Positions 1 through 10,954 of a stretch of DNA of 64,000 nt are shown here, piece by piece (within the stretch, counting starts at the first letter, position 1; every line of letters begins with the position of its first letter). Location: contig OY970178.1 of NCBI GenBank assembly GCA_963707915.1, positions 928,001-992,000 on the forward strand, given 5' to 3'. A model generated the notes under the pieces. It had not been told where the DNA came from. It made no database searches and was given only the letters and a program-made list of their open reading frames with translations. This DNA comes from Candidatus Eiseniibacteriota bacterium (GTDB lineage Bacteria; Eisenbacteria; RBG-16-71-46). The translations under genes were made by a program, and so were the position numbers.

Positions 1-889
1 CCTGCAGGACGTCGGAGCCGCCGCCCGAGCCGAGCGAGAGGAACCGGCACCGCGGGAAGCGATCCACCAGGTAGCCGACGTCGATGTCCCAGCGCGTGTA
101 GGTGGTATCGCGTCCCAGCGTCTTCCAGTCCCCGTCGAAGGGGAGCACCGGGGTGTTCGCGACGTTGTCGATGTTGATGCCCCGGGCCTGGCCCTCGTAG
201 TCGTAGATCTTGAGCTTGGCCATGGCGTCCCAGTGCCGGTAGATCACCGGGGCGCGTTCCTCGCGCCGCGCCTCGAGCAGGCCCTCCGCGCGCGCGCCGA
301 ACGCGGCCGCCGCGACGACCAGCACGAGCGGGACCGCCTTCTGCCAGCCGCGGCCCGCGAGCAGCGCGGCGACCAGCGCCGGCAGCGGGACCCAGGCCAC
401 CGCCGTCGGCGTGCCCAGCGCGTTCATCCCGGCGACCGCGGCGACCACGCCGAGGCCGGCTCCGAGCAGGTCGGCCATGTAGAGCTTCGGGATCTCCGCG
501 CTGTCCTGCTTGAAGATCATCGACAGGGCCAGGCCGCCGAAACCGAACGGCAGCCCGAGCACGAGGATGGTCAGCACGAACCGGCCGATCATGGACCACT
601 GGCTGAAGAGCAGCGCGAAGTCCACGCCGATGCGGAACGCGAGTGGCGGACCGATCAGCGCCGCCGCGCCTGCCAGGGACAGGACGAGGCCGAGATGGCG
701 CTCGCGGTCGAGCCCGCGGATCAGGCGCAGGGCCAGCGCCCCGAGCCCGAGTCCCAGCACGGCGAGCGAGAGCGTCAGGAACGCGAAGGTGTAGAAGAAC
801 TCGGCGGAGAACAGCCGCGTCCAGACGAGCTCCAGCGCGACGAGCGTGATCGAGACCAGGGCCACGACGAGCGGCTGCGTGGACTTCAT
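1..889 (-). CDS. Membrane-bound spermidine-synthase-like / SAM-dependent transferase fusion; 3' end runs off the window
   Basis: Hand translation from ATG 889 (not in the ORF track): MKSTQPLVVALVSITLVALELVWTRLFSAEFFYTFAFL..., several TM helices including LPFGFGGLALS and LYMADLLGAGLG, then the SAM-binding-type motif FLSLGSGGGSDVLQ at the window edge. Confidence 0.7.
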   Translation of the reverse strand, partial: MKSTQPLVVALVSITLVALELVWTRLFSAEFFYTFAFLTLSLAVLGLGLGALALRLIRGLDRERHLGLVLSLAGAAALIGPPLAFRIGVDFALLFSQWSMIGRFVLTILVLGLPFGFGGLALSMIFKQDSAEIPKLYMADLLGAGLGVVAAVAGMNALGTPTAVAWVPLPALVAALLAGRGWQKAVPLVLVVAAAAFGARAEGLLEARREERAPVIYRHWDAMAKLKIYDYEGQARGINIDNVANTPVLPFDGDWKTLGRDTTYTRWDIDVGYLVDRFPRCRFLSLGSGGGSDVLQ

Positions 890-1276
890 GCCGGGCTCCC
901 CCGTGCGATCGCCCGTTTCCCGGGCGGCCGCGGCCGCGGCTGCGCGAGACGGGCGGTGGTGGTGCGACGCCTGCGAGCCCCCGTGCCGGCCTGCTGCCCG
1001 AGCGTTCCCCGGGTGATCGCCCGGGAAGCGCCGCTCGGGTGGCCGTCGAGGCTCCGTGATCGGAGTGACCACGTCCGATGCTAGGCCGGTGCGGGGCGCG
1101 CGGGGAGCGCCGCGCGGCGGGGGCGGGCAAACGCCGGACGGACGCCGCCGAAGCCCGGACCGCCGCCGGGGCCGCCGCCACGCCTCGCGCGCGTGCGCCG
1201 TCGGCGGGGAACGCCGCGCGGCGCGGCGCCCGGTGGGGCGTCCGCGCCGCGGGTGACCCGGCCGGCGGTCTTCCGG

Positions 1277-3950
1277 TCAGGCCGCCATCGCCTCGCCGTC
1301 CTCCGCCGCTTCGTCATCGCGAACGATGGCGATGGCCTCGCGCACGTCCGCCGTCATCTTCCGCTCGTCCCTCAGGCTCTCCATCACGGCGTCCGCCTGC
1401 TTCAGGAGGAACCGCAGCGAACCCGCCTTCTCGACCGCCTGGTCGACCATGGCCTTCTGCCCCTGGAGCGCCTCGAGGCTCGACCGGACGTCGGCCAGGA
1501 ACCCTTCCGCGCGCGCCAGCCGCTCCTCGGCCATGGTCATCTGCCGCCGGCGCTCGTTGAGCTCGTCGGTGGCGTTGCGAATCTCCTTCAGCCGCGCCAT
1601 GACATCGTCGAGCAGGCCGCGACTCTCCGCGATCTCCCGGCTGGCCGTGGTGATCGTGCGGACGTCGGCGGAGGTCTTCTCGGCCATCGTGAACATCCGC
1701 TCGAGGTCACCCTGGAGCGCCTGGACGGTGCCCTGGCGCGCGGCGATCTGCTCCAGCGAGCGGGAGACCGCCTCGTCCACGCGCTCCCAGTCCGCCAGCC
1801 GCGCCTCGAAGCGGTCGAGGCGCTCGTCGACGATGCGCAGGTCGGCCACGCGCTCCTCGAGCACGCCGGACGTCCCGGCCACGCCGGCCGCCCGCTCGTC
1901 TGCCGAGTCGAGCGCGGCGCCGAGCCGCCCGGTCAGGTCCTCGAGCTGCTGGGCCGAGGCCGCGGCGTCCTGCCGCAGCTTCGACACCCGCTGGAGCTTC
2001 TTCGCCGCCTCCTCCAGCGCGCGCTGCCGCTGGTCGAGCTCCTCCCCCAGCGCGCGGGTGCGCTCGGCCAGGCCCTCGACCGACTCGCAGCGCGCCTCGG
2101 AAGCCGCCACGGTCTTCGAGGTCAGCGCGGCCTTGCGCGACGCCTCGCGCACGCTGGTCACCACCTCGGCGACCGTCTGGCTGACGCGATCGGCCTCCTC
2201 GGCGTGCCCGGCGAGCGCGACGAAGCGCTGCTCGGCCGCCTCCGTGCGGGTCCGCAGCTGGCGGACCCGTTCGTCCAGGTCCGCGCCCAGGGCCCCGATC
2301 TCCGCGACCTGCCGGTGCAGGGCCTCGACGAACTCCCGCCGCGACTCGATCGACGCCATCGACTCGGTGATGCGCTGGGTCTGCTCCTGCACGACCCCGA
2401 GCGTCGGCACCAGGTCCTGCAGCCCGCCGACCTGGCCGCGCAGCTCCTCCAGCGACCGCTCCACGCCCGCCAGCCACGACCGGGTCTCCGACTGGCCCTT
2501 CCACATCCGCTCGAGCTCGCCGTGCGCCACCTGCGCCTGCTCGAGCGAGTCGCTCACCATGGCGTGGGTGCGGTTCAGCACCTCGAGGTCGACCAGCACC
2601 CCGTCCACCGTGGGCCGGGCCGCCTCGATCCGCGCGACCTGCGACTCGAGGTCGCGGGCCGTCCGGCCGGCCTCGTCGAGCTCCCGGCGGATGAGGTGGG
2701 CCTTCTTCACTTCCTCGTCGAGCTGGCCAGCCTCGGTCACGAGCCCGTCCACCTGGGCGGCCAGCGCCTGCGTCCTGGATTCCAGGTCGCTCACCGTCCG
2801 GCTCGACTCCTGCAGGTCCCTGAACCGCTGCTCGAAGTCCGCGAGCGTGCCGCGCAGGTCGGCGACGCGCTGGCTGACCGATTCGAGGCCCTTGCCCTCG
2901 AAGTCGAACCGCTCGACCGCGTTCTTCATCCCGTCCTGCGCCGCGGTCAGCTCGTGGCGGATGATCCCGACCTGCTCCTCGGTCTGGTTCTGGATGTGGA
3001 TGACCTCGGTGGACCGCTCCAGCACCTGCTCGTGCAGCGCCTTCAGCGCGGTGACCGCGTCCTGCATGGCGCCCAGGGTCTTCTCGTTCTCCTGCTGCTG
3101 CCGCACGCCGGCGTCGATCTGCCGCATCGAGCGCTCGAGGCCTTCGGCCTGCGAGATGGCCCGGTCGACGGCTTCGCGCTGCGCCTCCAGGGCCGAGGTC
3201 TTCTGCGCCAGCGAGTCACCCAGGGCCTTCAACGTCCCCAGTTCGCGCTTCACGGCGTCGACCGTCTGGCGGACGCCGTCCATCCCGCGCACCGCCTGGT
3301 CGACCCCGACGACCCGCCGCTCCTTGTCCTGCAGGTCGCGGCCGAGCTCGTCGCGCCGCCGGTCGAGCGCTTCCATCTTCGACGTGGCGAGCTTGTGCGC
3401 GTCCATGAGCCGCTCGTGCTGCTCGCGCAGGCGGGCCAGCTGTTCGCCGGTGCCCTCGACCTGCCCGCGCAGCGCGGCGGCCTCGTCCCGCAGGACCTGG
3501 AACGGCTTGTCGACCTCGAGGAACGCTTCCAGCCCGTCCTTCAGGCTGGCGGCGAGCTCCACCTTCCGGCTCAGTTCCTCGAACACCTCGCGGACACGCT
3601 GCGAGTCCTCGAGCACGGTGGCGAAACGGGACTCGGCCTGCTGCTGGTCCCGCGCCAGGCACGGCGGAGCGCTCGTCCAGCGCCTGGACCAGGGCCGAGA
3701 TCGGCGCGACCGCCTCGAGGCTGCGTTCCAGGTCGCGCATGCGCGCGTTCACCGCGGTGACGTCGCTCTCCACCCGGGCGATCGGCTCGCCGAGCTGTTC
3801 GAGCCGGTCGGCCGCCGCGCGCGAGTCGGGGATCAGGGCCTCGAGGCGTTCGCGTTCTTCCTGCATCCGCTGCAACAGCGCGCGCAGTTCCCCGGCGACG
3901 TCCTGGTCCTTCGTGCCGTCGCCGAACAGGTTCCTGAGGAGAGAGGCCAT
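1277..3950 (-). CDS. Long coiled-coil protein (~890 aa), one frameshift near 3660
   Basis: N-terminus MASLLRNLFG... (ATG 3950) lies in ORF 3216-4520. It continues in the 779-aa heptad-rich E/R/L/A ORF 1277-3616. No ATPase or TM motif seen. Confidence 0.75.
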
Positions 3951-4518
3951 CGAGATACTCCCTGGGACGCGCCGCGCGGTCGGCCCGGTCCGGGCCGCCG
4001 CCGCGGCGATGAGGTGAGGTTCCCGCCCCCCATGGCCTGCCCACGGGGACCGAGGTCGCGGTCGTACGGCCAGGATCGATTGCAAGAGACAGACCCTTCC
4101 GCGGAAGCGCCGCCCCGAAATCGCCCACCGTTCCGCGCGGGGCGCCGCACGCCGCGCCCGGTCGTCCAAGCCACGATCGCAGAGCGACTTCGGGCGGGAG
4201 GCCCGCGCACCGCCGCTGCCGCCCGGGTGGCAGCCCGCCGGGCCGGGTCCGGGAGCGGGACTTCCGGGCGCCAACAATTGCACCGCGGGAACCGGGCATC
4301 CGGCCGGGAGCCGGTCGGTGGGCGGTCCCCGGCCGGGCACGGAAGCCGGCTCACGAGCGAGGCCGCCGCCATCCGTCAAGCCCGCGTGATTTCGTCTCCC
4401 GCCGGCACGAATCGAACTCCGCACACCCCGACCCGGCATCACGATGAGACAGGACGAGACTCCGGGGATGGGACATTCCGTTCCTCCCCGCTCGTAGTAC
4501 GAGCGAGGCGATCGAGCC

Positions 4519-5029
4519 ATGAGACCACGGATGTTCCCCGCGCCCGCGCTGCTGCTGCTGCTGGCTGGCGCTCCCGGCGGCCGCCCGGCCGGCCGCGCAC
4601 GCGCCTGCGCCCGGTGACGCCGCGCCCGCCTTCGACCTCCCCGCGCGCGACGGCACGGTCTCGCTGGACTCCCTGAGGGGACGCGTCGTGTACGTCGACT
4701 TCTGGGCCTCGTGGTGCGAGCCCTGCAGGCGCTCGTTCCCCTGGCTGGAGAGCCTGCACCGACGCTACGCGGAGCGCGGGCTCACGATCGTCGCGATCGA
4801 CCTCGACAAGGACCGGCACGCGGCGGACGCGTTCCTCCGGAGGTTCCCCGCCAGGTTCACCGTCGCCTTCGATCCCGCCGGGAGGACCGCCGAGGCCTAC
4901 CGGGTGTCCGCCATGCCGTCGAGCTTCCTCATCGGGCCGACCGGCGCCCTGCTGTCGTCCCACGCCGGCTTCGACCCACGCCAGGCCGCCGCGGTCGAGG
5001 CCCTCATCCAGGAGGCCTGCGCTCGATGA
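4519..5029 (+). CDS. TlpA-family thiol:disulfide oxidoreductase (redoxin), frameshift in the signal region
   Basis: YVDFWASWCEPC and AYRVSAMPSSFLI (cis-Pro loop) motifs. The in-frame upstream segment APAFDLPARDGTVSLDSLRG is typical. ATG 4519 with a poly-Leu leader is in another frame. Confidence 0.85.
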
Positions 5030-5264
5030 CCCGAGCCACCGGACCGGCTCCTGCACGCCGCGCTGCTCCTCGCGCTCGCCGGCCTGGCCGGCGGATGCGC
5101 CGCGACCGCCGTGCGCCCGTGGGACCGCGACCTGCTCGCCCAGAAGCAGATGCGGCTCACGCCGCCGCCGCATGGTGAGCGCGGTGGATGACCACATCTA
5201 CTTCAGCAAGGAAGGCTCGACCGGCGGGATGGACGTCGGAGGCGGCGGCTGCGGATGCAACTGA
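5026..5264 (+). CDS. DUF4266-family small lipoprotein (frameshifted)
   Basis: Reconstructed LLLALAGLAGGC (lipobox)-AATAVRPWDRDLLAQKQM...DDHIYFSKEGSTGGMDVGGGGCGCN*. The terminal GGGGCGCN is characteristic. ATGA overlap with tlpA. Confidence 0.85.
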
Positions 5265-6524
5265 CCCCCGCGCTGCGCACCTCGTCGCTGCGCGCCCGGC
5301 TGGGCGCCGCTGCCTGCCTGCTGCTGGCGACCGGCGCGCCCGCGGTCGCGCGGGCGGAGTCCGGCGCGACCACGCAGATCGACGCCAGCGCGCTGCTCTA
5401 CGGCGAGAAGGGCCGCACGCACGTCGCGCGAGCCCACCGCGCGGATCACGCGCCTCTTCGCCGACGGCCAGTCGCTCTCGGCCCAGCTCGGCGTCGACGT
5501 GATCACCGGGGCCTCGCCGACCGGCGCCTCCCCCACCGAGACGGCCCAGACCATCACCAGCGCGTCCGGTTCGGTCACCACGGTCCCGGCCGGGCAGGTC
5601 CGGCTGAACGCGTTCCGGGACACCCGCACCGCCGCGGACCTCGAATGGCAGAAGCCGTTCCTGCGCTCCTTCCTCGCCACCATCGGCGGGCACGTGTCGC
5701 GGGAGAAGGACTACCAGCTCCCTCGGCGTCAACGGGAAGCTCGCGCTGGACCTCCTGCAGCGCCGCACCACGCTCACCGTGGGCGGCGGGGTCAATCGCG
5801 ACCGCGTGCTTCCCGACCGGGCGGAATCCCGGCCGGCCTGTCCGAGGAAGGCGCGGCCTCCGGCCCGGGCTCGTCGCCCAAGGACGTCTCCTCGGTGGCG
5901 CTCGGCCTGTCCCAGGTCGTCAGCCGCAGGTGGCTGGTGGGGCTGAACGCCACGCGCACGCTCGAGCGGGGCTACCTGACCGAGCCCTACAAGGTGCTGA
6001 GCCTGCTGGACGGCACGACCGGGCTGCCGACCGGCCAGCTGACCGAGCGGCGCCCCGCATCGCGCGAGCGGGGCAGCCTGCTCGCGAGCTCGGTCTACCA
6101 CCTGACCGACGACGTGGTCTTCCTCTCCTACCGCTACTACCGCGACGACTGGCGGATCCGCTCGCACACGCTCGACGCCCGCTACCGGCGCGAGCTGGGA
6201 GGCGGCCGCTACCTGGAGCCGCACCTGCGCTACTACTCGCAGTCCCCCGCGGCCTTCTACCGGTCCGCGCTGGTGGACGGCGCCCCGCTGCCGGAGTTCG
6301 CGACCGCCGACTACCGGCTGGGACCGCTGCGGAGCGCGACCCTGGGCGCGACCTTCGGCTTCCGCATCCCCGATCAGCCGGGCGAGTGGACCGTCCGCGC
6401 GGAGTACATCCGTCAGTTCGGCGACGGCCACCCGGCCGACGCCGTCGGCGTCCAGCGCGGGTTCGACCTCTTCCCCGCCGTCGACATCGGCTCGCTGCTG
6501 GTCGGCTACTCCATCGAGTTCTGA
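5255..6524 (+). CDS. DUF3570-family putative outer-membrane beta-barrel (several frameshifts)
   Basis: Starts MQL overlapping the DUF4266 end. Signal peptide, then motifs DVITGASPTGA, SREKDY, GYLTEPYK, YRYYRDDWRIRSHT, ADYRLG. C-terminal ...GYSIEF ends in an aromatic residue like a beta-signal. Confidence 0.85.
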
Positions 6525-6532
6525 GGCGAGCC

Positions 6533-7457
6533 GTGTCCGCGACCCGCACGGCCCCGGCAGCTCGCGGTGCCGCCCGCACCTCGCTCGAGCGCGTCGAGGA
6601 CCATTTCGTCGGACGCTTCGTCGCCATGGCCAGCCCGTGCGAGTTGCTGGTGGACACCGACGAGCGCGCCGGCCCCGAGGCGCTGCTGCGCGTCGCCGAG
6701 CAGGAGGCGCGGCGCATCGAGCACAAGTTCAGTCGTTACCGGCGCGGCAATCTCGTCGATCGCATCAACCACTCGGGCGGCCGGCCGGTCCGCGTGGACG
6801 AGGAGACCGCGCGGCTCCTCGACTACGCCGCGACGTGCCACGAACTGTCGGACGGGATGTTCGACATCACCTCCGGGGTGCTGCGCCGGGCCTGGAAGTT
6901 CGACGGCGGCGACCGGGTGCCCGCCGAGGCCGAGGTGCGGGAGCTCCTCCGGCACGTGGGCTGGCACTCGCGTGACGTGGGCCGACTCGACGCTGACGCT
7001 GCCGGCGGGCATGGAGATCGACCTGGGCGGGATCGGCAAGGAGTACGCGGTGGACCGCATCGCGGCGCTGCTGGCGGAGCGGACCGGCGACGCGTTCCTC
7101 GTCAACCTCGGCGGGGACCTCTACGCCAGCGGCGCGCGGCGCGGCGGACGACCGTGGAGCGTGGGGCTCGACGACCCGGAACGCACCGGCGCGGCCGTGC
7201 TCTACCGCATCGACTTCGCCCGCGGCGGCCTGGCCACCAGCGGGGACGCACGCCGCTTCGTGCGATGGCAGGGGAAGCGACTCGGCCACATCCTCGACCC
7301 GAGGACCGGCTGGCCGGTCCGGGACGCCCCGCGCTCGGTGACCGTCCTCGACCGCACCTGCCTCGAGGCCGGCTCGCTCTCCACGCTGGCCTACCTGCAG
7401 GGACCGCGGGCGCGCGAGTTCCTCGAGCAGCAGGGCGTCGAGTTCCGGATCGTCTGA
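6533..7457 (+). CDS. apbE: FAD:protein FMN transferase ApbE (frameshift near 6970)
   Basis: Motifs AMASPCE, FSRY, SDGMFDIT, IDLGGIGKEYAVD, VNLGGD, ATSGDARR, HILDPRTGWP. Confidence 0.92.
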
Positions 7458-7603
7458 AGGGGCGGCCCGCCCGGCCACCGCGGGAGCGGCGGCACGCGGC
7501 CGCTCCTGCACCCGGCCGGATTCCGCTCGCGGCCCAGGCCGCCCCGGTGGCATGATGTCCGCTGCCCGCACCGTCTCCACCTTCCGGCGGGCTGGAGGTC
7601 GGC

Positions 7604-9745
7604 TTGGCCGAGACGTTGCACAGGCCCGCCGCGCGCGAACGCGCGGGCGTCATCGGGTTGATCCTGCTGGGACTGCTCCCGGTCGTGGGCCGGTTCGCCT
7701 CGCCCACGCAGGCGTGGGGCGTCCACCTGACGGGCTACCTCCCGGCCGCCGCCTGGGCCGTCTCGATCGCCGGCTGGGCACTGCTGTTCGTCCCGGCCTG
7801 GCGGCGCCTCGTCGAGCGGCTCCTCTACGACCGCCTCGGCACCGCCCTGCTGGCCGCCCCGGCCAAGCGCGCGTGGCGGCCGGCGCTCGGCGTCCTGCTC
7901 GTCGCGGGCGCGGCGTTCTGGCTGCTGTCGACCCCGACGCACCTGCTGGGCGACGGCGTCCTGGTGGGCGAGATGGTGGGCCGCGGCGCGCGGTTCCGCG
8001 CCACCGACGGGATGGACTTCCTCCTTCACCGGCTCGTCCGCGAAGCGATCGCCCCGGTCGGTGACGTCGAGGCGGCCTTCCGGATCTACGCCTGGGGCAG
8101 CCGGCTGGCCGGGCTCCTCGGCGTGCTCGTCGCGATCCTCCTGCTGCGTCGCTGCCGCCTGCCCGTCCCGGCCCGCGTCCTGCTGCTGGCGCTCTGGCTC
8201 TGCTCCGCCGCGACGCTGCTCTATTGCGGCTACGTCGAGTCGTACGGCTTCCTGTCGGTGGCCCTCCTCGGCTTCGCCTGGTCGGGCGCGATGGCGCAGC
8301 GGGGCGAGGTCCCGTCGTGGCTGCCCGGTCTCTGCTTCGGCTTCGCGCTGTTCCTCCACTCCACCGCCCTGCTCGCGCTGCCGGCCCTGCTCTGGCTCGC
8401 GGCGCGGCCCGGTCCGGCGAAGGTCGCCCGCGGGCGATGGACGCTGGGCCTGCTGCTGCCCGCCGTCCTGCTGCCGCTCGCGGCGGTCCTCGCCCACGTG
8501 GCCCAGGGCTTCGACGCGGTCTGGCTGCGGCGCGAGTTCCTCGACAGCTCGAACCAGCGCTCGCTGCTGGTGGCGCTGCGCGGCGACCACTCGCTGCTCT
8601 CACCGGTCCACTGGAAGGACCTGGCCAACTGGGTCGTGCTCGTCGTGCCGGTGCCGGCCTGGCTGGTCCTGAGCCGCGCCGGGACCCTGCGCCGGCGCCC
8701 CGATGCGCCCGAGGTGCCCTTCCTGCTCGTCCAGGCCGCGTGCTTCGCGATCGCCCTGGTGCTGCTCGACCGCAAGCTGGGCGCCGCGCGGGACTGGGAC
8801 ATCTTCGCGCCGCACGTCGCGGGCCTGGGCTGGCTCGCGGTGCGGTCGTGGGAGCCGGAGAGCATCGCGCGCAGCCGCCCGGGGGCGTGGCCCGGCCTGC
8901 GCTTCGCCGCGCCCTGGGTCGCGGTCCTCCTCGCGTGGCCCTGGTTCGCGGTCAACGCCTCCGGCCCCGCCGCGCTGCGGCGTTTCGCGGAGGTCATCAC
9001 CGATTTCGCGCCCTACCAGCGCGCCTACGCGACGCAGGACCTGGCGAAGTTCCACCGCGACCGCGGGGACCTCGGGAACGCCATCCGGCTGGGCGAGGAG
9101 AGCGTGCGCATCTTCCCGCGCAATGCGCGCTTCCACGCCCTGCTGGGAACGGACTACGTGGCAGCCGGACGCATCGACGACGCCGGGCGACAGTTCGACG
9201 AGGCGCTCCGGCTCGATCCCGGAAATGGGGCGGTATTCGACATGACGGCGAAGCTCGCGCTGCGGCGCGGGGACTTCGCGGGCGCGCTCGATCTCTACCG
9301 CCGGCGCTCGCGGGTGAGCCCCGGCGACCCGGAGGTCTGGTCGGGACTCGGCTACGCCGCCATCCGGGTGCGGGACTTCGCGGAGGCGCGCGGCGCCTTC
9401 CTGCGCGCGGGCACGCTCGCGGACGACCCGCAGTACGACTACTACGCCGGCATCGCGTGCGCCTCGCTCGGGCGCTGGGACGAGGCGGTGGACCGGTTCC
9501 GCCGTTCGGTGCGGGGCGGCGGACCGGGGCAGTACCACTATGGCCTGGCGATGACGCTCGAGGCCCGCGAGGCCGTGCGTCGGGCCGCGGGCCTGGCGGT
9601 GGCCCCCGCGGCCCTGCGCGAGGCCGCGCAGGCCGCGGCCCGCGCCGTGCAGCTCGCGCCCGGGAATCCGCGGATCGCCTGGTACCGGGACCACATCGCC
9701 CGGGTCGTGTCCGGCCAGGAGCCCCCGGCGGTCGTGCCCCGCTGA
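7604..9745 (+). CDS. Polytopic membrane protein (GT-C-like) with C-terminal TPR repeats
   Basis: About 12 hydrophobic segments with loop motifs THLLGDG, YCGYVESY, LGAARDWD, then TPR-like repeats (ARFHALLG...ALRLDP; EVWSGLGYAA). TTG start with GGAGG 5 nt upstream. Confidence 0.7.
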   Translation: MAETLHRPAARERAGVIGLILLGLLPVVGRFASPTQAWGVHLTGYLPAAAWAVSIAGWALLFVPAWRRLVERLLYDRLGTALLAAPAKRAWRPALGVLLVAGAAFWLLSTPTHLLGDGVLVGEMVGRGARFRATDGMDFLLHRLVREAIAPVGDVEAAFRIYAWGSRLAGLLGVLVAILLLRRCRLPVPARVLLLALWLCSAATLLYCGYVESYGFLSVALLGFAWSGAMAQRGEVPSWLPGLCFGFALFLHSTALLALPALLWLAARPGPAKVARGRWTLGLLLPAVLLPLAAVLAHVAQGFDAVWLRREFLDSSNQRSLLVALRGDHSLLSPVHWKDLANWVVLVVPVPAWLVLSRAGTLRRRPDAPEVPFLLVQAACFAIALVLLDRKLGAARDWDIFAPHVAGLGWLAVRSWEPESIARSRPGAWPGLRFAAPWVAVLLAWPWFAVNASGPAALRRFAEVITDFAPYQRAYATQDLAKFHRDRGDLGNAIRLGEESVRIFPRNARFHALLGTDYVAAGRIDDAGRQFDEALRLDPGNGAVFDMTAKLALRRGDFAGALDLYRRRSRVSPGDPEVWSGLGYAAIRVRDFAEARGAFLRAGTLADDPQYDYYAGIACASLGRWDEAVDRFRRSVRGGGPGQYHYGLAMTLEAREAVRRAAGLAVAPAALREAAQAAARAVQLAPGNPRIAWYRDHIARVVSGQEPPAVVPR

Positions 9746-9822
9746 CCCGGGGCCACCGCGCTTCCCCGGCTCCGGGGGCGGGGGCGGCCGGGGCCGCGCG
9801 AAAGCGGCCGCGCGAAAGCGGG

Positions 9823-9851
9823 TTGCCCCCGGGTCCGAGTCTGGCTACCCT
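9823..9851 (+). promoter_or_regulatory. Putative sigma70 promoter for the 9937 gene
   Basis: TTGCCC (9823-9828), 17 nt, TACCCT (9846-9851). Confidence 0.4.
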
Positions 9852-9936
9852 GACCGCGACTCCCCCGTCCGATCTCACCGTCGGCAAGCCCGGGGCTCTC
9901 CCCGGGCGCCCGAATGACCGCAAAGGAGATGGAGCC

Positions 9937-10809
9937 ATGCGCAAACCGGTCGTGATCGCCCTCATCGCCGTCGCCGTCGTGCTCGCCATCGTGGCCGCCG
10001 TGCTCTTCGCGAGATACCGCAAGGTCTCCACGGAATACACGAACATGCGCCTGGCGGAAGAGACGGCGCGGGTCGGCTACAGCGAGGCCTTCAACGCCAT
10101 CACCGAGATCCAGGACAGCCTGAACGCCATCGCGGTCGGCGACACCGCGGTGCAGATGCTCTCGGCCGGGGCCCAGTCGGAGCTGAAGGTGACCGAGGCG
10201 GTGCGCCGCCAGGCGCTCGACCGGGTGAACCTCCTCAACGCGAGCCTGAAGCGCAACAAGGAGAAGATCCGCAGGCTGGAGGCCACCTTGCGGAAGAGCG
10301 GCGTCAAGGTCGCCGGCCTGGAGAAGATGATCGTCACCCTCAAGCAGACCATGATGGAGAAGGAGGCCCTCGTCTCCCAGCTCACGGGCCGGGTGGACTC
10401 CCTCCAGGTCTCGGTCACCGGGTTGACGAGCGAGGTGCAGCGCGGGCAGGAGACGATCCGGGCGCGCGAGCAGTCCATCGAGGAGAAGCAGCGCGAGCTG
10501 GCGACCATCTACTACATCGTCGGCTCGAAGAAGGAGCTCACCACCCTGGGCTTCATCGTGGCGAAGGGCGGAGTGCTCGGCATGGGCAAGACCGTGGAGG
10601 CCACGGGCCGCTACACCGAGAGCTACTTCACCTCGCTGAACACCGACGAGGAGAGCATCATCCCCACCTCGGCGGCCAAGGTGGAGGTCGTCACCGCCCA
10701 GGCCCCGGCCAGCTACGAGCTGAAGGCGGTGGCCGGCCTGATGGAGCTCCACATCCTCGACGCCCGGGAGTTCCGCAAGGTGAAGCACCTCGTCATCATG
10801 ACGAAGTAG
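9937..10809 (+). CDS. Membrane-anchored coiled-coil protein, Cbp1-like adhesin family
   Basis: SD AGGAG/GGAG. N-terminal TM anchor, coiled coil (EIQDSLNAI...), C-terminal YYIVGSKKEL...GGVLGMGK...PASYEL...ILDAREF..KHLVIM, as in Bacteroidetes Cbp1-like proteins. Confidence 0.65.
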   Translation: MRKPVVIALIAVAVVLAIVAAVLFARYRKVSTEYTNMRLAEETARVGYSEAFNAITEIQDSLNAIAVGDTAVQMLSAGAQSELKVTEAVRRQALDRVNLLNASLKRNKEKIRRLEATLRKSGVKVAGLEKMIVTLKQTMMEKEALVSQLTGRVDSLQVSVTGLTSEVQRGQETIRAREQSIEEKQRELATIYYIVGSKKELTTLGFIVAKGGVLGMGKTVEATGRYTESYFTSLNTDEESIIPTSAAKVEVVTAQAPASYELKAVAGLMELHILDAREFRKVKHLVIMTK

Positions 10810-10827
10810 CCCTCCGGCCGGGTCCGA

Positions 10828-10861
10828 CGAAGGCCCGCGGCGATCGTGCCGCGGGCCTTCG
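10828..10861 (+). terminator. 14-bp stem hairpin after the 9937 gene
   Basis: CGAAGGCCCGCGGC-gatcgt-GCCGCGGGCCTTCG. Confidence 0.6.
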
Positions 10862-10954
10862 CGCTTGCGGCCCGCAGGCGCGTCCGCGGGCCGGCGATGC
10901 CGCGCCTTGCGCACGGCCCATCCCGGTCGTAGCCTCCCGCGCAGGAGGTGCCCC

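Noticed and set aside
1193..4676. Long plus-strand ORFs 1193-3760 and 1326-4676
   Set aside because: Antisense shadows of the minus-strand coiled-coil gene. They have Arg/Ser/Pro-biased composition and no motifs, as expected at high GC.
5240..5264. Selenocysteine readthrough at Cys-rich gene ends such as GCGCN-TGA
   Set aside because: GCGCN-stop is the normal DUF4266 terminus and overlaps the next start. No SECIS-like element could be supported.
5255..7555. Apparent DUF3570-ApbE fusion (766 aa)
   Set aside because: Created by frameshifts. DUF3570 has its own stop at 6524 and ApbE ends at 7457 in another frame.
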